From Octopus sinensis (Eukaryota): a stretch of 64,000 nt of DNA. The stretch spans positions 89,714,001 through 89,778,000 of the forward strand of contig NC_042998.1 of the NCBI RefSeq assembly GCF_006345805.1. Reading direction: 5' to 3'. Numbering within the stretch: the first letter of the stretch is position 1; each line of letters starts with the position of its first letter. Positions 1 to 13,535 of this stretch are shown here, piece by piece. The notes under the pieces are model-generated. The model was not told where the DNA came from. It saw nothing but the letters and a program-made list of their open reading frames with translations, and did not search any database. Position numbers and translations under genes: made by a program.

Positions 1-1430
1 GTATGTTTATAATATAAAACGGCAAAGTAGTGTCGCAACGGCGAGAAAATCAAGGATATTGAGACAAATTGATATTAGTTTCGGGTATTTTGGAATATGA
101 CAAAATCAAGGAAAGTAGAATAAAGTAAAGCTTTAGGCGAGACTATCACAAAGGAATCAAATTAATTAAGGGAAATAGACTCAATGGAAAAAAAGGAAGA
201 TCAGGGCAATGAACACATGGGCTGTTTCCTTAATGCGATATGGTGCGGGTGTTGTTAGGTGGACACAAGAAAACCAGGAAAGTGATGACAATTAACAAGG
301 AACAACACACCAGAAATGATACTGACAGGCTGTATGTGCTTATGAACAGGGGAGGAAGAGGCCTCATAAGATGCAAGATCTATGTTGTCAACGAGAACAT
401 TCTGGGATGGACATCAAATAGCAGAGTGGCTCTTTTCTGGCTGCTGCTAGAATTAACAATACAATACCTACTGAAAATGCGATGCACCCACAAATATTTA
501 AGAAACAAGATGAAGATGAGAATAACCAATTGGAAAATGAAATCACTGCATGGGCAATACCTCAGAGAAATCGAAGAAAAAGACAAGACCAACACTTGGC
601 GAGGGCTAAGAAAAAGTGATCTGAAAGGATGCAGTGAGGCATTGATATGCAGCGCTCAGGAACAAGCTCTGATAACTAATTGTATCAAGTTCCAAATAGA
701 TAAGAGCAGCGAATCACCCCTATGGCAGCAAAAACGGAACAATCTCACATATTGTGAGTGAGTGTAGCAAGCTGGCCCAAAAGCATTACAAAAAGAGGCA
801 CGATAATGTGGATAAGTTTCTCCACTGGAGGCTCTGTGAAAAGTACGGCCTGTACAGAACATGGAAAAGGTACGAACATGAACCAGAAGGAGTCACCGAA
901 AACAAGGAATATAAGCTACTGTGGGATTTTACTATCCAATGTGACTCCTTAATCGATGCTAGGAGACCAGATATTGTTGTGGTATATAAAGAAATAAAGG
1001 AAACCAAAATTATAGATATTGCAATGCCTGGGGATGCACGCATAAATAACAAAGAACTAGAAAAATGCAGACTACTAAAAGACGAAATTGCAAGAATGTG
1101 GACGACGAGGAGAGTGTCTGTTATCCCGGTAGCTGTAGGGGCACTCGGAGCACTAACAACCAAATAAGAGAAATATGTCAAAGAAATCGGAATTGACATG
1201 AGAACAGAGCAAGCGCAAAAAACAGCTCTGCTGGGGACAGTTAGGATTTTGAGATTGGTACTTGGATGTTGAATGTCTTCCGCGATAATTAACAACCAAG
1301 TATCAAAACTTATAATGTGCGGAAAGAAACCCTGTGAAACCTCTGACAACAGGCTGCTATCCGCTCTCACAGAATCAACCACAATAAACAAGACCTAGTA
1401 CTCTGAGAAGTAAAGCAACAATAATAATAA
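1..1430 (+). mobile_element. Dong/R4-clade non-LTR retrotransposon, 3' part (RT C-terminus, zinc knuckle, RLE endonuclease, 3'UTR, (AAT)n tail); frameshifted
   Basis: ORF pieces 240-761 and 754-1167 give WKMKSLHGQYLRE, SAQEQAL, HIVSEC..LAQ..YKKRHDNV and LLWDFTIQCD..IDARRPDIVV..KIIDIAMPGD (PD..D RLE motif). C-terminus LLGTVRILRLVLGC* ends at 1272; AAT repeats at 1418-1430. Confidence 0.88.
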
Positions 1431-1643
1431 TGGTTCCAAATTTTGGCACAAGGCCAGCAATTTCAGGGAGGGGCTAAGTCGACTAAATCAGCCCCAGTAT
1501 TCAACTGGTCCTTAATTTATCGACCCCGAAAGGATGGAAGGTAAAGTCGACCTTGGCGGTATTCGAACTCAGAACATAAAGGTGGACGAAATGCCGCTAA
1601 GCATTTTTCCCGGTGCGCTTACAATTCTGGCAGCTCGCCACCT
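1431..1643 (-). mobile_element. tRNA-derived SINE, family A (head AAGGCGGCGAGCTGGCAG, (ATT)n tail), full length
   Basis: Reverse complement reads AGGTGGCGAGCTGCCAGAATTG (box A-like) ... GAGTTCGAATACC (box B) ... CCGCCAAGGTCGACTTTACCTTCCATCCTTTCGGGGTCGATAAA; matches the copies at 7292-8025. Confidence 0.85.
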
Positions 1644-3842
1644 GAATGGTGATGATGATGATGATAATAATAATGATAATAATAATAATAATGATTTCTT
1701 TAATGGTCACAAGAGCCTAGCCATATAATACAAAGTCTGTCACACAGAACGGTTAAATAAACATGTGGAAGATATAATGAATTGGGGAGGGGCAAAAATG
1801 TAATACAACATTAAAAACATATTGACAGTTTTTAACAAACAAAGGAAATCCATCCTGAAAAGGATAAGAAATTGCCATTTAAGGAAGGTCAGGGCAGCCT
1901 ACGACTTCTGTTACTTTCAATCCTTGTCTTCTCTCGGCTGCAAATAGGATTCAAGTAATCGCCATTTTCATCCTTTAATCTTCAAATTCAAACGTCTTTT
2001 CCGCTTTAGTCGAATCACAAGTCTTCTAGATTCCCTGGAGAGTGCCACATTAGACATTGATCGAGTGTTCCTGTGGTTTTTCACCAACAGTCATTTATTT
2101 TAGGTACGTCTCCCACCTCATCTCCAACCACAACAGTAGTTTTTGCTCATTCAGCAGTCCTGCAGGTTCTTGTTAGTCTTTGGAAAAAGAGAGAAGTTCA
2201 TGCCAAACGAATAAACAGGCTCTTTTCAGCAGAGGACTTCCAATGTCATACCTATCTTTAGTCTACGCTCATCTTTTTCTTTTACCTTTTCTTATTCTAT
2301 TTCCATCATTGGTTTCCTTTTTGTTGCTTTTCAACCTCCATTTCTTCCTCATAACCGCAACATGATATAAGTTTATACTGCTACCCGGATTCTGAGATGG
2401 CTTTGTGATGAAGTGAGAGGAGTTCATTCAGTTTAGTAGGCCTGATGGTGCTGGCAACTGGTGATACTGTGTCAACAGCTGCTATGATCTTCCTCCATGT
2501 TGCTTGTATTTTAGGGCTCCACGTTTTATGATGTCTCTGCTGCTGTATACCGTTACCTTCCTCTTAGTTTTTCATTTCTTTTGGGGCACACGGCACTTAA
2601 CTGGCTTCTGCACCCACTGAGCTGTATGCCTCGCAACACTGGCTTCATTGATTACCTTTGAATTAATGCAATGAAGTGTATGTCTGGGATGGCTTTGTGG
2701 TCTTCTGGATTCACTTGTTCGCAGAGGTTCGTCTTTAATCCAATTCGCTAGATTTATTTATGAGAATTATTATTTCACCTCTTGAAAAGAGAATCCCACC
2801 CTTTAGACATACACTAACGTATACTGTCGAGACATTTATTACGTTTCACCTTCCGTTTAATGAAAAAATTATATAAGGTTGCTTCTAATGTTCTAATGCT
2901 TCTAATGGCTTTCTTAAAAAAGAAAATATATCAAGGAAAATATCATGTTCCTATAAAACTTTCTTCTGAAACATATCTTTAATCCGATAGTATGAGTTTA
3001 ACTAGATTAATTTGAAACTAATGTCGATACTAGCAACGATTCAAACTTCAGTAAGCAGTATAATTAAGGTTAATGATGATGTTGATCTGTATATCTAACT
3101 TAATTCTGCAATCAGATATTTACCTATTTTCTATTTTAAAAATTCAACACTGATTAAAGTTGCGCGCTTCTCGATACATCTGCATGTAATCTAACGCAGG
3201 AAATATAGCCTATTAGTTTAAAAATACATTTTCGATCCTATATATTCAACGTAAGATTCGTTAGTTGTCTTATGTAGTCAAGCTGGCTAGACAGCGAGAC
3301 ACCAGAACAGACGGGTCACGTTCAGTTGCAATTGAAAGCTTCACCATTGTGTGGATTTATTTTTGTTTCAATGGCTCTGGCTAACGTAGTATTTAGATAT
3401 TGTTGAAGCGCATTGTTACGTTAATAAGCTAAAGCTCTATTGTTTCATCAACCATTATGATTTAAACAACTGCACCTATGAAAGTGTAATGAGACTCAAA
3501 ATGTGCTAGACCGATTAAGTTTGATTTATACTTTGAAACATATCTTTAATATTGTGTACTTAAATGAGGTATAATTCGCCCAATAATAAGCGCAAAAAAA
3601 ATTACTTAAAATTACTTCCGTAATGAAAAGAAAACGCATTTGCATTAATGATATCAGACGCAAGGAAGAAAATTCATTGCAAATTGAAAGCGGACACGCA
3701 GAGACAGTTTGTTTGTCATGATTTTCGATGTAACTAATTAAACTTCCATATCTACGCATAGCAAGCGAATAGTTCTAAATATAATAAAGCCAGTAATTCA
3801 GTTACGGTTTATCGTGAAAGAGAAAACAAACTTGCGTGATCA

Positions 3843-4028
3843 AAACATATCGTTAGCATGTCGGACAACTTGTTTAGCAGCATTTCGTCTGTCTTAACTT
3901 ATTGATTTCAAATGCATCTCTCTCATTTCGGGGTTGATAAAATAAGTAGTCAAATACTGAGGTCGATTACATCGATTAGCGCCCCCTCCTCCAAAATGTC
4001 AGGACTTGAACTTTTAGCAGAAAGGATG

Positions 4029-4091
<63 letters not shown>

Positions 4092-4092
4092 T
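3843..4092 (+). mobile_element. SINE family A, decayed, with long (ATT)n tail (4029-4092)
   Basis: Similar to other family A copies (GTTAGCA, CATTTCGGGGTTGATAAAATAAG, GGTCGATTACATCGAT, AGAAAGGATGATTATT). Confidence 0.75.
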
Positions 4093-6555
4093 AGGGTCAT
4101 CCAGATCGAATCTAGATAGGGTATTTTGTAGAGTAGTAGATAAGGACAGCATAGGTTGTTCACAATTTAACGTAGTCGACTACACTGACACACAGACCAA
4201 AAATCCGTGATCTGTACAGTCGCTAAAGATTGGTTTCATGGACAGGGAACCGGTTACTGGAAGCTGGATGCGTCGTTACCGACATTTCAGTGAGCGGATT
4301 AGTGAACTAGTTAAAAGGGTGTTGACGGGGGTAATAATCAACAATAAATGGTAGTTTGCCCTGAAAAGGACGATTAGAATAGAATCGATAGAGTTTAGGA
4401 AAGGACTTGCAGTAGAAAGAAACAGAGTAGAGGCAGAGCTAGTCAAGAAGTTATACGAGGCTTTTAGAAAAGGTATCTCGACCGACGTGCTCGCAGTGAG
4501 ACTGGCAGTCGACCAATTTTTCAAAGCAAAACATGAAGGTTGCTTTATCAGAGCTAAGGCACGAACACTTTAACACGGGGATTGTATTGACAACTTTTGG
4601 CCTATAACTCTGCTGAACGTAGAGTTCAAAATTTTGGTCGAGGTATTAGCTACGAGGTTGGCGCTTGTCGTTGGAGATCTCGTAGGGAGGCAGAGACATA
4701 TGCCATCCCGAAATGATCCATCCATGACAACCTCCACCTCGTGCGATACATCATTGAGAAAGTGGCTAAAAAACCTGGCACGGGTGGGACCCTGATCACT
4801 TTAAATCAGTCTAAAGCTTTCGACAGGATCGACCACCTATACCTAGCTGCGGTCCTCAAGGCAGCTGGTTTCGGGCCTGTATTCAGGGGCTAGATCGCTG
4901 CAATGCGCAGTGATATCCGTTTAGTCGTCAGAGTGAACGGTCACCTCTCAGAGCCGTTCAACATCATGCGCTCGGTCTGGCAATGTTGCCCTCTCTCGTC
5001 TCTCTTGTTCGTACTGACACTCGAGCCACAACTGCACAAACTGGGGGCGTGGAGAGGCATGCTGCGCGACCTAGGATGTGAGAGAGGTGTGTCAGCATAT
5101 GCCGACGATGTCACCGTAGTAGTGTCTGATCAAAAACACATAGAAATGATCAGCACCGCTCTCATGGACAACGAGGCAGTTTCAGGAGCGACAATTAACC
5201 AAGAAAAATCAGTGGGCTTGCGGCTCGGCACCTGGGGAAGCAAGATCATGTCGTCCAACTGCGTCGTTGGACACTGAACTGACGGCCCAGTTAAATTCCT
5301 GGGAGTCTGGTTTCGTCTGGACCTTCAATGGAAAAAACTGGGACGAGGTAACGAGTAGGGTGACTACTCTCACCCAGAAATGGGGCGAGAGAAAGCTATC
5401 CCTGAAAGGTCAGGCAGAGATGGCTAACGCGTATATCGCGTCTGTCATCTACAATCGCTTGACCGTCGTGCCTTGTCTTGGCCACGGTCTGATTACGCTA
5501 GAGCGTATATTCTTCCGCTTGTTGTGGAAGGAGCGCGATCTATCTGCGTGGTGGCCTGGGGACGCAGTCTTACTGTGTGGCGGCCCGGGCATGCCGTGGT
5601 TGATGATGCGCAGACATGCACTGAGGCTACGTCATCTTCAGTGCTTCCTTGACGGGGAAAAAATGTGGTCACCGTTCGCCAGACACGTATTTCTGCAGCT
5701 TGTTTCTTTAACGGAGATGCAGTTCTGGGTAAAAACAGAGACCGAGGTGGAGCTTTTGGAAAGCGGAATGTCTTCAAGCGTTTACAGCCAATCGGACAGT
5801 GCTGTAGGTGGAACGTCCACTTTAGTCTTTTGTAGATGATTAGTGGAAGAAAAGTGCGACGACGTTCTTGGGGAAACCTTGGGCGTCGAAGAAGATCAGC
5901 TAGTCACTCTTTTCCGAACTTTCGGGCCAGGACAGATGGATAATTTCCAAAACTCTCTCACTGGCAGTGCTACCAAGGAGCTTTGCCTGTTTGAGATAAA
6001 CTTTACAAGCATGAAAGTGCTGTCAGCCGAGCATGTCCGAGATGTGTGCAGAGCGATGAGATGGTCCTGCAGGCACATGTCCAGCGCGCGAGCATTGCTG
6101 ACCTGTGAGTTTTTGTTGAACACCTGCTGTCGCGTGTAGGAAGGATCCAGCTGCCAACTGAATCGATCGTGAAGATCGCCTCACCGCCTTCCTTTAACCG
6201 GGAAGGAAATACTGTTTTTATATGCCTGGTGACCATGGCGAAAGAGGTTTATGGTGGACAGGATTGAAGGAGCTGAAGACAAGCACTTTTCCCTTTGGCC
6301 AATTCCTGATGAACCTCTTCAAGTTTCACTTTGAAAGGAAAATAAGAGTAGAGAAGGAAGTGTTGTCTTCTGGTCAGTTTACTGAAAGTGGATGAAAGTG
6401 GGGTGAATGATGCGCGTGAAAGGAAAAAAAGGTACCTACACCAAAAGTCAGGGTACACATGGGTTTTTATGGGGCTTTTCCATGAGCAACCCTCGAACAT
6501 CTCCTCCCTATTGAAGATTACGCATTGTTGATTTCTCTTTCCTTTTTAAGTTTGT
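4093..6555 (+). mobile_element. L1/Tx1-clade LINE remnant (endonuclease end, RT, zinc-finger region); internal deletion near 4570, many stops
   Basis: Translations: LDRVFCR and GYWKLDAS (endonuclease end); PITLLNVEFKIL, QSKAFDRIDH, RVNGHLSEPF..RSV.Q.CPLS.LLFVLTLEP, SAYADDVTV (RT); ORFs 4903-5277 and 5267-5839. Confidence 0.88.
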
Positions 6556-6619
6556 TAGTCTTGTTTACACGTAAAACCCTCACAACAAAATACACTCAAA
6601 AACTTACACACACACACAT

Positions 6620-7248
6620 TCTTTTTGTCCTGTGCTGTCCATAATGTTTTTCTAAATGTAAACGCTTTTGGTAAATAAAGGAGAGCAGTGCATGCCACCA
6701 AAGTGACACTGGGGTAAAATATACGAAGCCCAGTATGCCCATCATGACTACCCGTCTGATAAGGGTACACTAGGCACATGCATCACAACCATATGTGCGC
6801 GACATGGTGACTCATATCAAGATAAACAGTGCATGGCCTTGCAGGTTGGGCACAGTTAGAATTTTTTTCTGGTCGAGTAACCCATCCTGTTCAAAAGGTC
6901 CCTGAATAAGGGTTGTTTAAGGATGTTGAACGAACCACCCATGTTTCCAGAGGTGAATTATTCAAACCCCAAAGAATTCCTCTCAACACATGGCTATGTT
7001 GCTCCCCTACTACTTCTGCTCGTGATCAGAGGTGCATATATTGTCAGCCACTAAGGGACATGCTCAACTGGTTACGGTCAAACAACTGACAAGCAAATCT
7101 GTGGTATTGAGCAGAATATTTGCTGTAGCCCAACTTTTGTACCAAAACAAAACAATGTACATGATAACACTTCCAATCAGTTAAGATCAGAAGCAATGAG
7201 AGCCACTGCCTGATACTGCATCAGGGCATGGTACTGCATCGGGGCATT
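6620..7248 (+). repeat. Unclassified interspersed repeat ending in an (ATT)n tail, probably a retroposon 3' end
   Basis: Non-coding block of higher GC than its flanks, ending in a duplicated 16-mer followed by ATT/GTT repeats. I recall similar sequence as a high-copy octopus repeat (unverified). Confidence 0.5.
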
Positions 7249-7291
7249 TATTATTATTGTTGTTGTTGTTGTTGCTTTTGTTATTATTATT

Positions 7292-8025
<734 letters not shown>

Positions 8026-8399
8026 TTGTAAGTGTAATGGACTAGGTGCTAATTGCCCGTTATTTGGATCGTAAACGTAATTCAAAATGGTGGTCATATC
8101 ATGCAATGTGTTATGCTGATTTCACCTGAGAATTATATTAAATTTACAAGTTTGATTGAACAACTGGATCATCATCGTCGAAATCGACGGAAAACCATCC
8201 ATCTATCTGTGTGTTTGTGTTTGTGTGTTAGAACGCGTATCCTTTACCACTCTCTGCTTCTAACAGCTTTGCACAGAATTCACATTCTCAAGCCTACCAA
8301 CAACTAGCTCCTTTATTGTCTACTGTAAACTTTTATATGAATGTATTAAAGTATATATGTATGTGTACACATATATATGCCTACATATATGCACACGTA

Positions 8400-8455
8400 T
8401 ATACAATTTTATACACACACACACACACACACACATGCATATACACACAAACATA

Positions 8456-8516
<61 letters not shown>

Positions 8517-8630
8517 ATATATATATATATATATATATGATATATTCATATACTTCATGATGGAATTGAATATATGTGGATTTGTGCGAGTGAGCATGTG
8601 TGTGTATGTCTGTGTGTGTGTATGTGTGTG
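8400..8630. repeat. Compound (CA)n-(TA)n-(TG)n microsatellite
   Basis: Directly visible. Confidence 0.95.
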
Positions 8631-9211
8631 TGGTGTTAAATCTACTTGCTGAATCTATTCTGGTAAAAACATGCCAGACTTTGAGTCTACCTTCATCTAT
8701 AAGAACCTGTAAAATTGGGGGAAGTATGTGGTAAGAAATGAAGAGATAGATGGTGATATAGAGAAACAGAGTGGCAGAGGGACAGAAAGGAACTTATTGC
8801 AGAACACCCGTGCGAGATAGAAAGATAGACAGGGACATGGAGCAAAGAAGTAGAATGAAAATAAATGTGATTCAAGAAAAGCAAACGTTTGTTTCTGTAT
8901 ATCGGCTGCCCATGTATATAAGTAAGAATAGATGATTCTATATGTATGGTTTAGTGGTTTTTCAAAAAGTAAATTAAAAACAAAGAAAACATTAACTTTT
9001 GACGAGTATATAAGCTTCGATGTAAAATTCACATCTGGATGCAGTTTGATCCTTTAATAGAACAGGAGTAGATAGCTTCCTCTGAGAAACTTTATTTTTG
9101 TTGGGGTTTTCGTCTTTAAGTAATTAGAAAATAACTGCTTATTTAAAACAACCGAGATTGTTCTCTCTGCCTCTTCTCACTTTTTCTCTTTCCCCTTTTG
9201 CAGCAGTTTCT

Positions 9212-9220
9212 TTATTATTA

Positions 9221-9293
<73 letters not shown>
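9212..9293. repeat. (TTA)n microsatellite
   Basis: Directly visible. Confidence 0.95.
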
Positions 9294-9616
9294 CGTATGT
9301 CTGTAATGTGTTAGTGTTCAGCTTTCCATGCACTTGTCACGTCTCCCTGCGTTAAGTGTATTTGAGTCTGAACTTCAGGTTCTTTGTATGTCGAAGATCA
9401 AATACAGACAAGCAACTGTTAAATGTGTGACTGAAGTTAAAGCCATATTTATAGAAAAGGTTTCACTTACGTAGTTCTATTCTGGGCATTATAGATCGTC
9501 TCTTCAGTAATCTTGCATGTTAATGTCGCTGATATTAAACAAAAATTTTGAGTATATGTGCTTTCTTTACATCATGTTTGTTAAGAGAATAAAAGACAAA
9601 TGTGTATAAATAATAT

Positions 9617-9988
9617 AAAGAAGAGCACTCAGAGAGCGCAAGCCTCCGCCAAGGCAACACCAACGTCCTCCCAACGATTAGCCAGAGATGATATTTAAAA
9701 TGAGAATATCTGAAATAAACTCGACTGCTCTCATAAACGAGAGTACTAAAAATGGACACGATCGCTCTCAAAAATTAGTAAAAGCACAGGAAAAATAATC
9801 CAGAATCCTTGTCCGGTACCGAATCGATCCCAAAATGTAATCAGTTCGTACCACTCATGGGGTCAAACATCCCTGAAAGTTTCATCCGTATCCATCCAGC
9901 AGTTCTTGAGATATATTGTCCACGGACAAACAAACAAACAAACGACAGAAAAATCATACCTCCTCCTTCGCAAGGGCAGAGGTAATAA
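9617..9988 (+). mobile_element. Helentron-associated (HINE/pearl-like) non-autonomous element
   Basis: 5' AAGAAGAGCAC; subterminal CCTCCGCC (9643-9650); internal (ACAA)n (9926-9942); 3' hairpin ACCTCCTCCTTCGCAAGGGCAGAGGT (9958-9983) containing the near-complement GGCAGAGG; ends in AATAA. Confidence 0.6.
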
Positions 9989-9994
9989 TTTGCT

Positions 9995-9995
9995 T

Positions 9996-10040
<45 letters not shown>

Positions 10041-10251
10041 CACTCTCTCTCTCCCCCCTCTCTCTCCCGTCTCTTTCTCTCCCCCCTCTCTCTCAATACA
10101 TACATAGATGCATACATGCAAACATACATACATGCATACGCACATACATGCATACACGTATACATGCATGCACACATACATACATACATTCATACAAACA
10201 CACACACACACGCATATACATACATACATACATACATGCATGCATACATAT

Positions 10252-10282
<31 letters not shown>

Positions 10283-10310
10283 CATACATACATACATACA
10301 TACATATAAA
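9995..10310. repeat. (CT)n followed by (CATA)n/(CA)n compound microsatellite
   Basis: Directly visible. Confidence 0.95.
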
Positions 10311-11447
10311 ACCAGGCGTATATATCACGAGTGGTTCATATATTGAATACAAGAGCAGAATTATAGAAATAGCAGATAAATCTTCCCTGAGTATATTATG
10401 CTGTCTTAGAAGGACAGACAAACATTAAATAACATAATCTTAGTTCGATGAGAAAAAACAAAGAGGGGGTCATAGTTAGTCATTCATTATAGGTCTGCTG
10501 AATTAGAGTTGACCTGGTGCTAAACAACAACAATAACTGAGTCAGTATCGACAGAAGGGTTAATAAAACTGAGTAGTAAAATATAGTTTAAATATAATAT
10601 AATGGACCGATTATATGATTAAACATTATATTATTATATATGTAAATCAAATTATTGTTATCAAGTAAGAATACTGAGGAGTTATTTATTAACAATAAAA
10701 ATTTAGTTTAATAATGGCAGATTTTTTTGTCTTTAAATTTACCAATTATAAAAACGCCATGCACAGGATGGGTCTTCCAGTATGATGTAATGTTAAGGTT
10801 AGCGACGTGCCTACATAAGGTACCATGGAATTATTGCAGAAAAATTTACTGGCATTGAACCCGAAACCACATGGTAACAGAACTTACTGTTTAACAAAAC
10901 ACCCTGAAATAACATCGTGAATAGTATAAATATTCTATAATTTCATTAGTTTATTAGTTTTTTTCCCCGACTGAATCTGAGATTTTATGCTAATATCAGA
11001 AGATGGCAATGATCCACATCTGAACTTGATCCTATATGTGTCGAGGATCAAGGGAGGTTGTTATTCAGAGAGTTAAATATTAGCGTTTACATCACACGCA
11101 AATAGAATTCTTTTTCATCTTTTTCATAGTCTATGCATACGTCAGACGATGGCACGCGCTTTCGCACTCTCTCACTCACACACACGCACACTCATGCACA
11201 TAAAAATATTCTGCTCTGTGTTTTGGGAATACATTTCTCCCTCGAATGCGAACGTTTATGAGATATTGGCTGGAGTATTCAAAATTTTCTCCATTCCATA
11301 CATATTTGTTTGGTTCCTATCAAGAAAGTCAACATGAACGTAATAGAAATAATAATAAAGGCCTCCTTTATTGAGATACTTCAATGTAAAAACCAACTGT
11401 CTCTTTAGGTTGTCAGCGCGGCTACATATTTTGATGTGTAAAATACG

Positions 11448-11506
11448 CACGCACACACACACACACACACGCGCACGCACGCACACATGCACACATACAC
11501 ATGTGC

Positions 11507-11566
<60 letters not shown>
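11448..11566. repeat. Juxtaposed (CA)n and (TG)n tracts (quasi-palindrome)
   Basis: Directly visible. Confidence 0.9.
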
Positions 11567-11888
11567 ATGTAAAAATTTTAATATACGTCAATTTCTATTC
11601 CACTTCTTACAATTAGTTAACTAGTTAGTTCCTGCTAAAATCGACGTTAAGTCTGTTGTGTTCTCAATAAAGGTCCAATAGAAATTCCTAATGTCTCCCT
11701 ATCTGTGGGTGGTATTTGTATAAATTACTGTTGGGTTCAAAACAGACAGATACACATACACAAATATACACAAATGTCTTCAAATGTCTTAGCTAACTTC
11801 CGGCATTCGTAACAAACGGCTGATTGAAGTAATTAATGCCTACATGCACTCACACTCAAACAAACACACATACACACACATTATATAT

Positions 11889-11936
<48 letters not shown>

Positions 11937-13499
11937 TACATACATACATACATACATACATACATACATACATACATACATACATACATTATATATATAT
12001 TGTGCTAGTTTGCTAATTTTTTTGGCATTCATGTACGAAATAATTAGATTCCTTATTGTATTTCATCAGCTGCTTAATATAACGGAATCATTCATTAATA
12101 AATTCCGCAATATATTCGCCCTACCACTGATATCAATGTGAAGTTGCTTTAGTCGAGATTAAAATCTGCTGAAAAAGCGACTAAATAGTTGTATCAACGG
12201 GTGTGTCACACGAAATCTTTGACTTCACCAGACAAGCAGAAATTTCTTAATTTCATCTTTCAATTTCTATAACAAGCAATATTAATTATATTAAATCTCT
12301 TTAGTTGTATTTCTCTTATAGATGTTTTTGTATATGCATTTATTTCGTCCGTAGATGAATAAAATGTTTGTGTGTTTGTGTGTGCCTGTGTTTATGTAAA
12401 AGTAATATATAAATGAGCCTTTGAGCATGTCTTTCTATATGCGACCTTCTTGGTATATGCGTGATACATAAATATATGCAGGGATTTATGTAGTTTATGT
12501 CTGAATATGTGTGCATAATTGAAAACTTATCTCATATACCATTGTTTGACTTAACTATTTGTTCGTAGAACAAGCATAAGTGGTTAATAATGTTAATCAT
12601 TTTTCTGGGTAGGACGTTGATCTGTCAGAGATGTCTTTTGCTGAAGAAGTTGAACATGGCACTGCAAACCACAAAATGTCCGTTAATTTTATAGTAATAC
12701 CACTGCGCAAATATTTCTCTAACTCAGCTTAGAAGTAGGGAAAACTAAGCGTCTTAATCCCAGATACGTAGTTTTGTAGATAGGACACGAGCCTAGGACT
12801 TCTTCAATCGTTTGTGTAGTAAAAATATATCGACTCATCCATCCATCCTTTTTATTACTTATTCATCATAAAAATCGAGGCAATCCTACTAACTGTAGTC
12901 TCGGTGTGGCACTGCAAATACACAACAGACAGTTTTTAGTTTCTTACCTAAATATACTAAATGTTAGTATATCAACAGACAGAAAGAAATGAATAGCTTC
13001 GCATACTGAAAATACTATCAATGTCACAGAATTGGCACGAAAAACTTATCGTGCATGCACACTAAACAAAAGAATGTGCAACAAGAACTGCGCTTTAATA
13101 ATGCGGTAGATGCTAATGCATAATCAGATAGGTATTTGTGCATACAAGCCAGGCATCGTTGTTAAGAAATGCGGAGTCAAAAGAGTCTGTTTACATATAT
13201 GTCAATCATAGCAAAGCGAAATTTCGCTGTAAGAGTTGGAGAAATAGTCTATATAAAACAAAGACAATTCTATTAACAGTGATTGTTATGAGTCTAGTTC
13301 TTTTTTTTTTAAACAAAAGGCATGCATACAAATATTTGGCAAGATTACAAAATAGCACACTATACAAAAGTAACTTTGCTAGGTACTATGCATTTGCGAA
13401 AACACGAAAATAAATAAAAGAACACCCTTAACAATTAGAAACATCTCCATGTATAATTCAGGTACAAGAGCTGAACTTGGTGATTCAATCGAAAAACAA

Positions 13500-13503
13500 C
13501 AAC

Positions 13504-13535
<32 letters not shown>

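Noticed and set aside
1900-2760. Higher-GC stretch with coding-like texture on the minus strand
   Set aside because: Probably a decayed retroelement, but I could not identify any diagnostic motif.
3330-3390. Signal-peptide-like LKASPLCGFIFVSMALAN as a possible first exon
   Set aside because: No upstream in-frame ATG before a stop, and the available GT donors are phase 0 whereas the TSPN exon needs phase 1.
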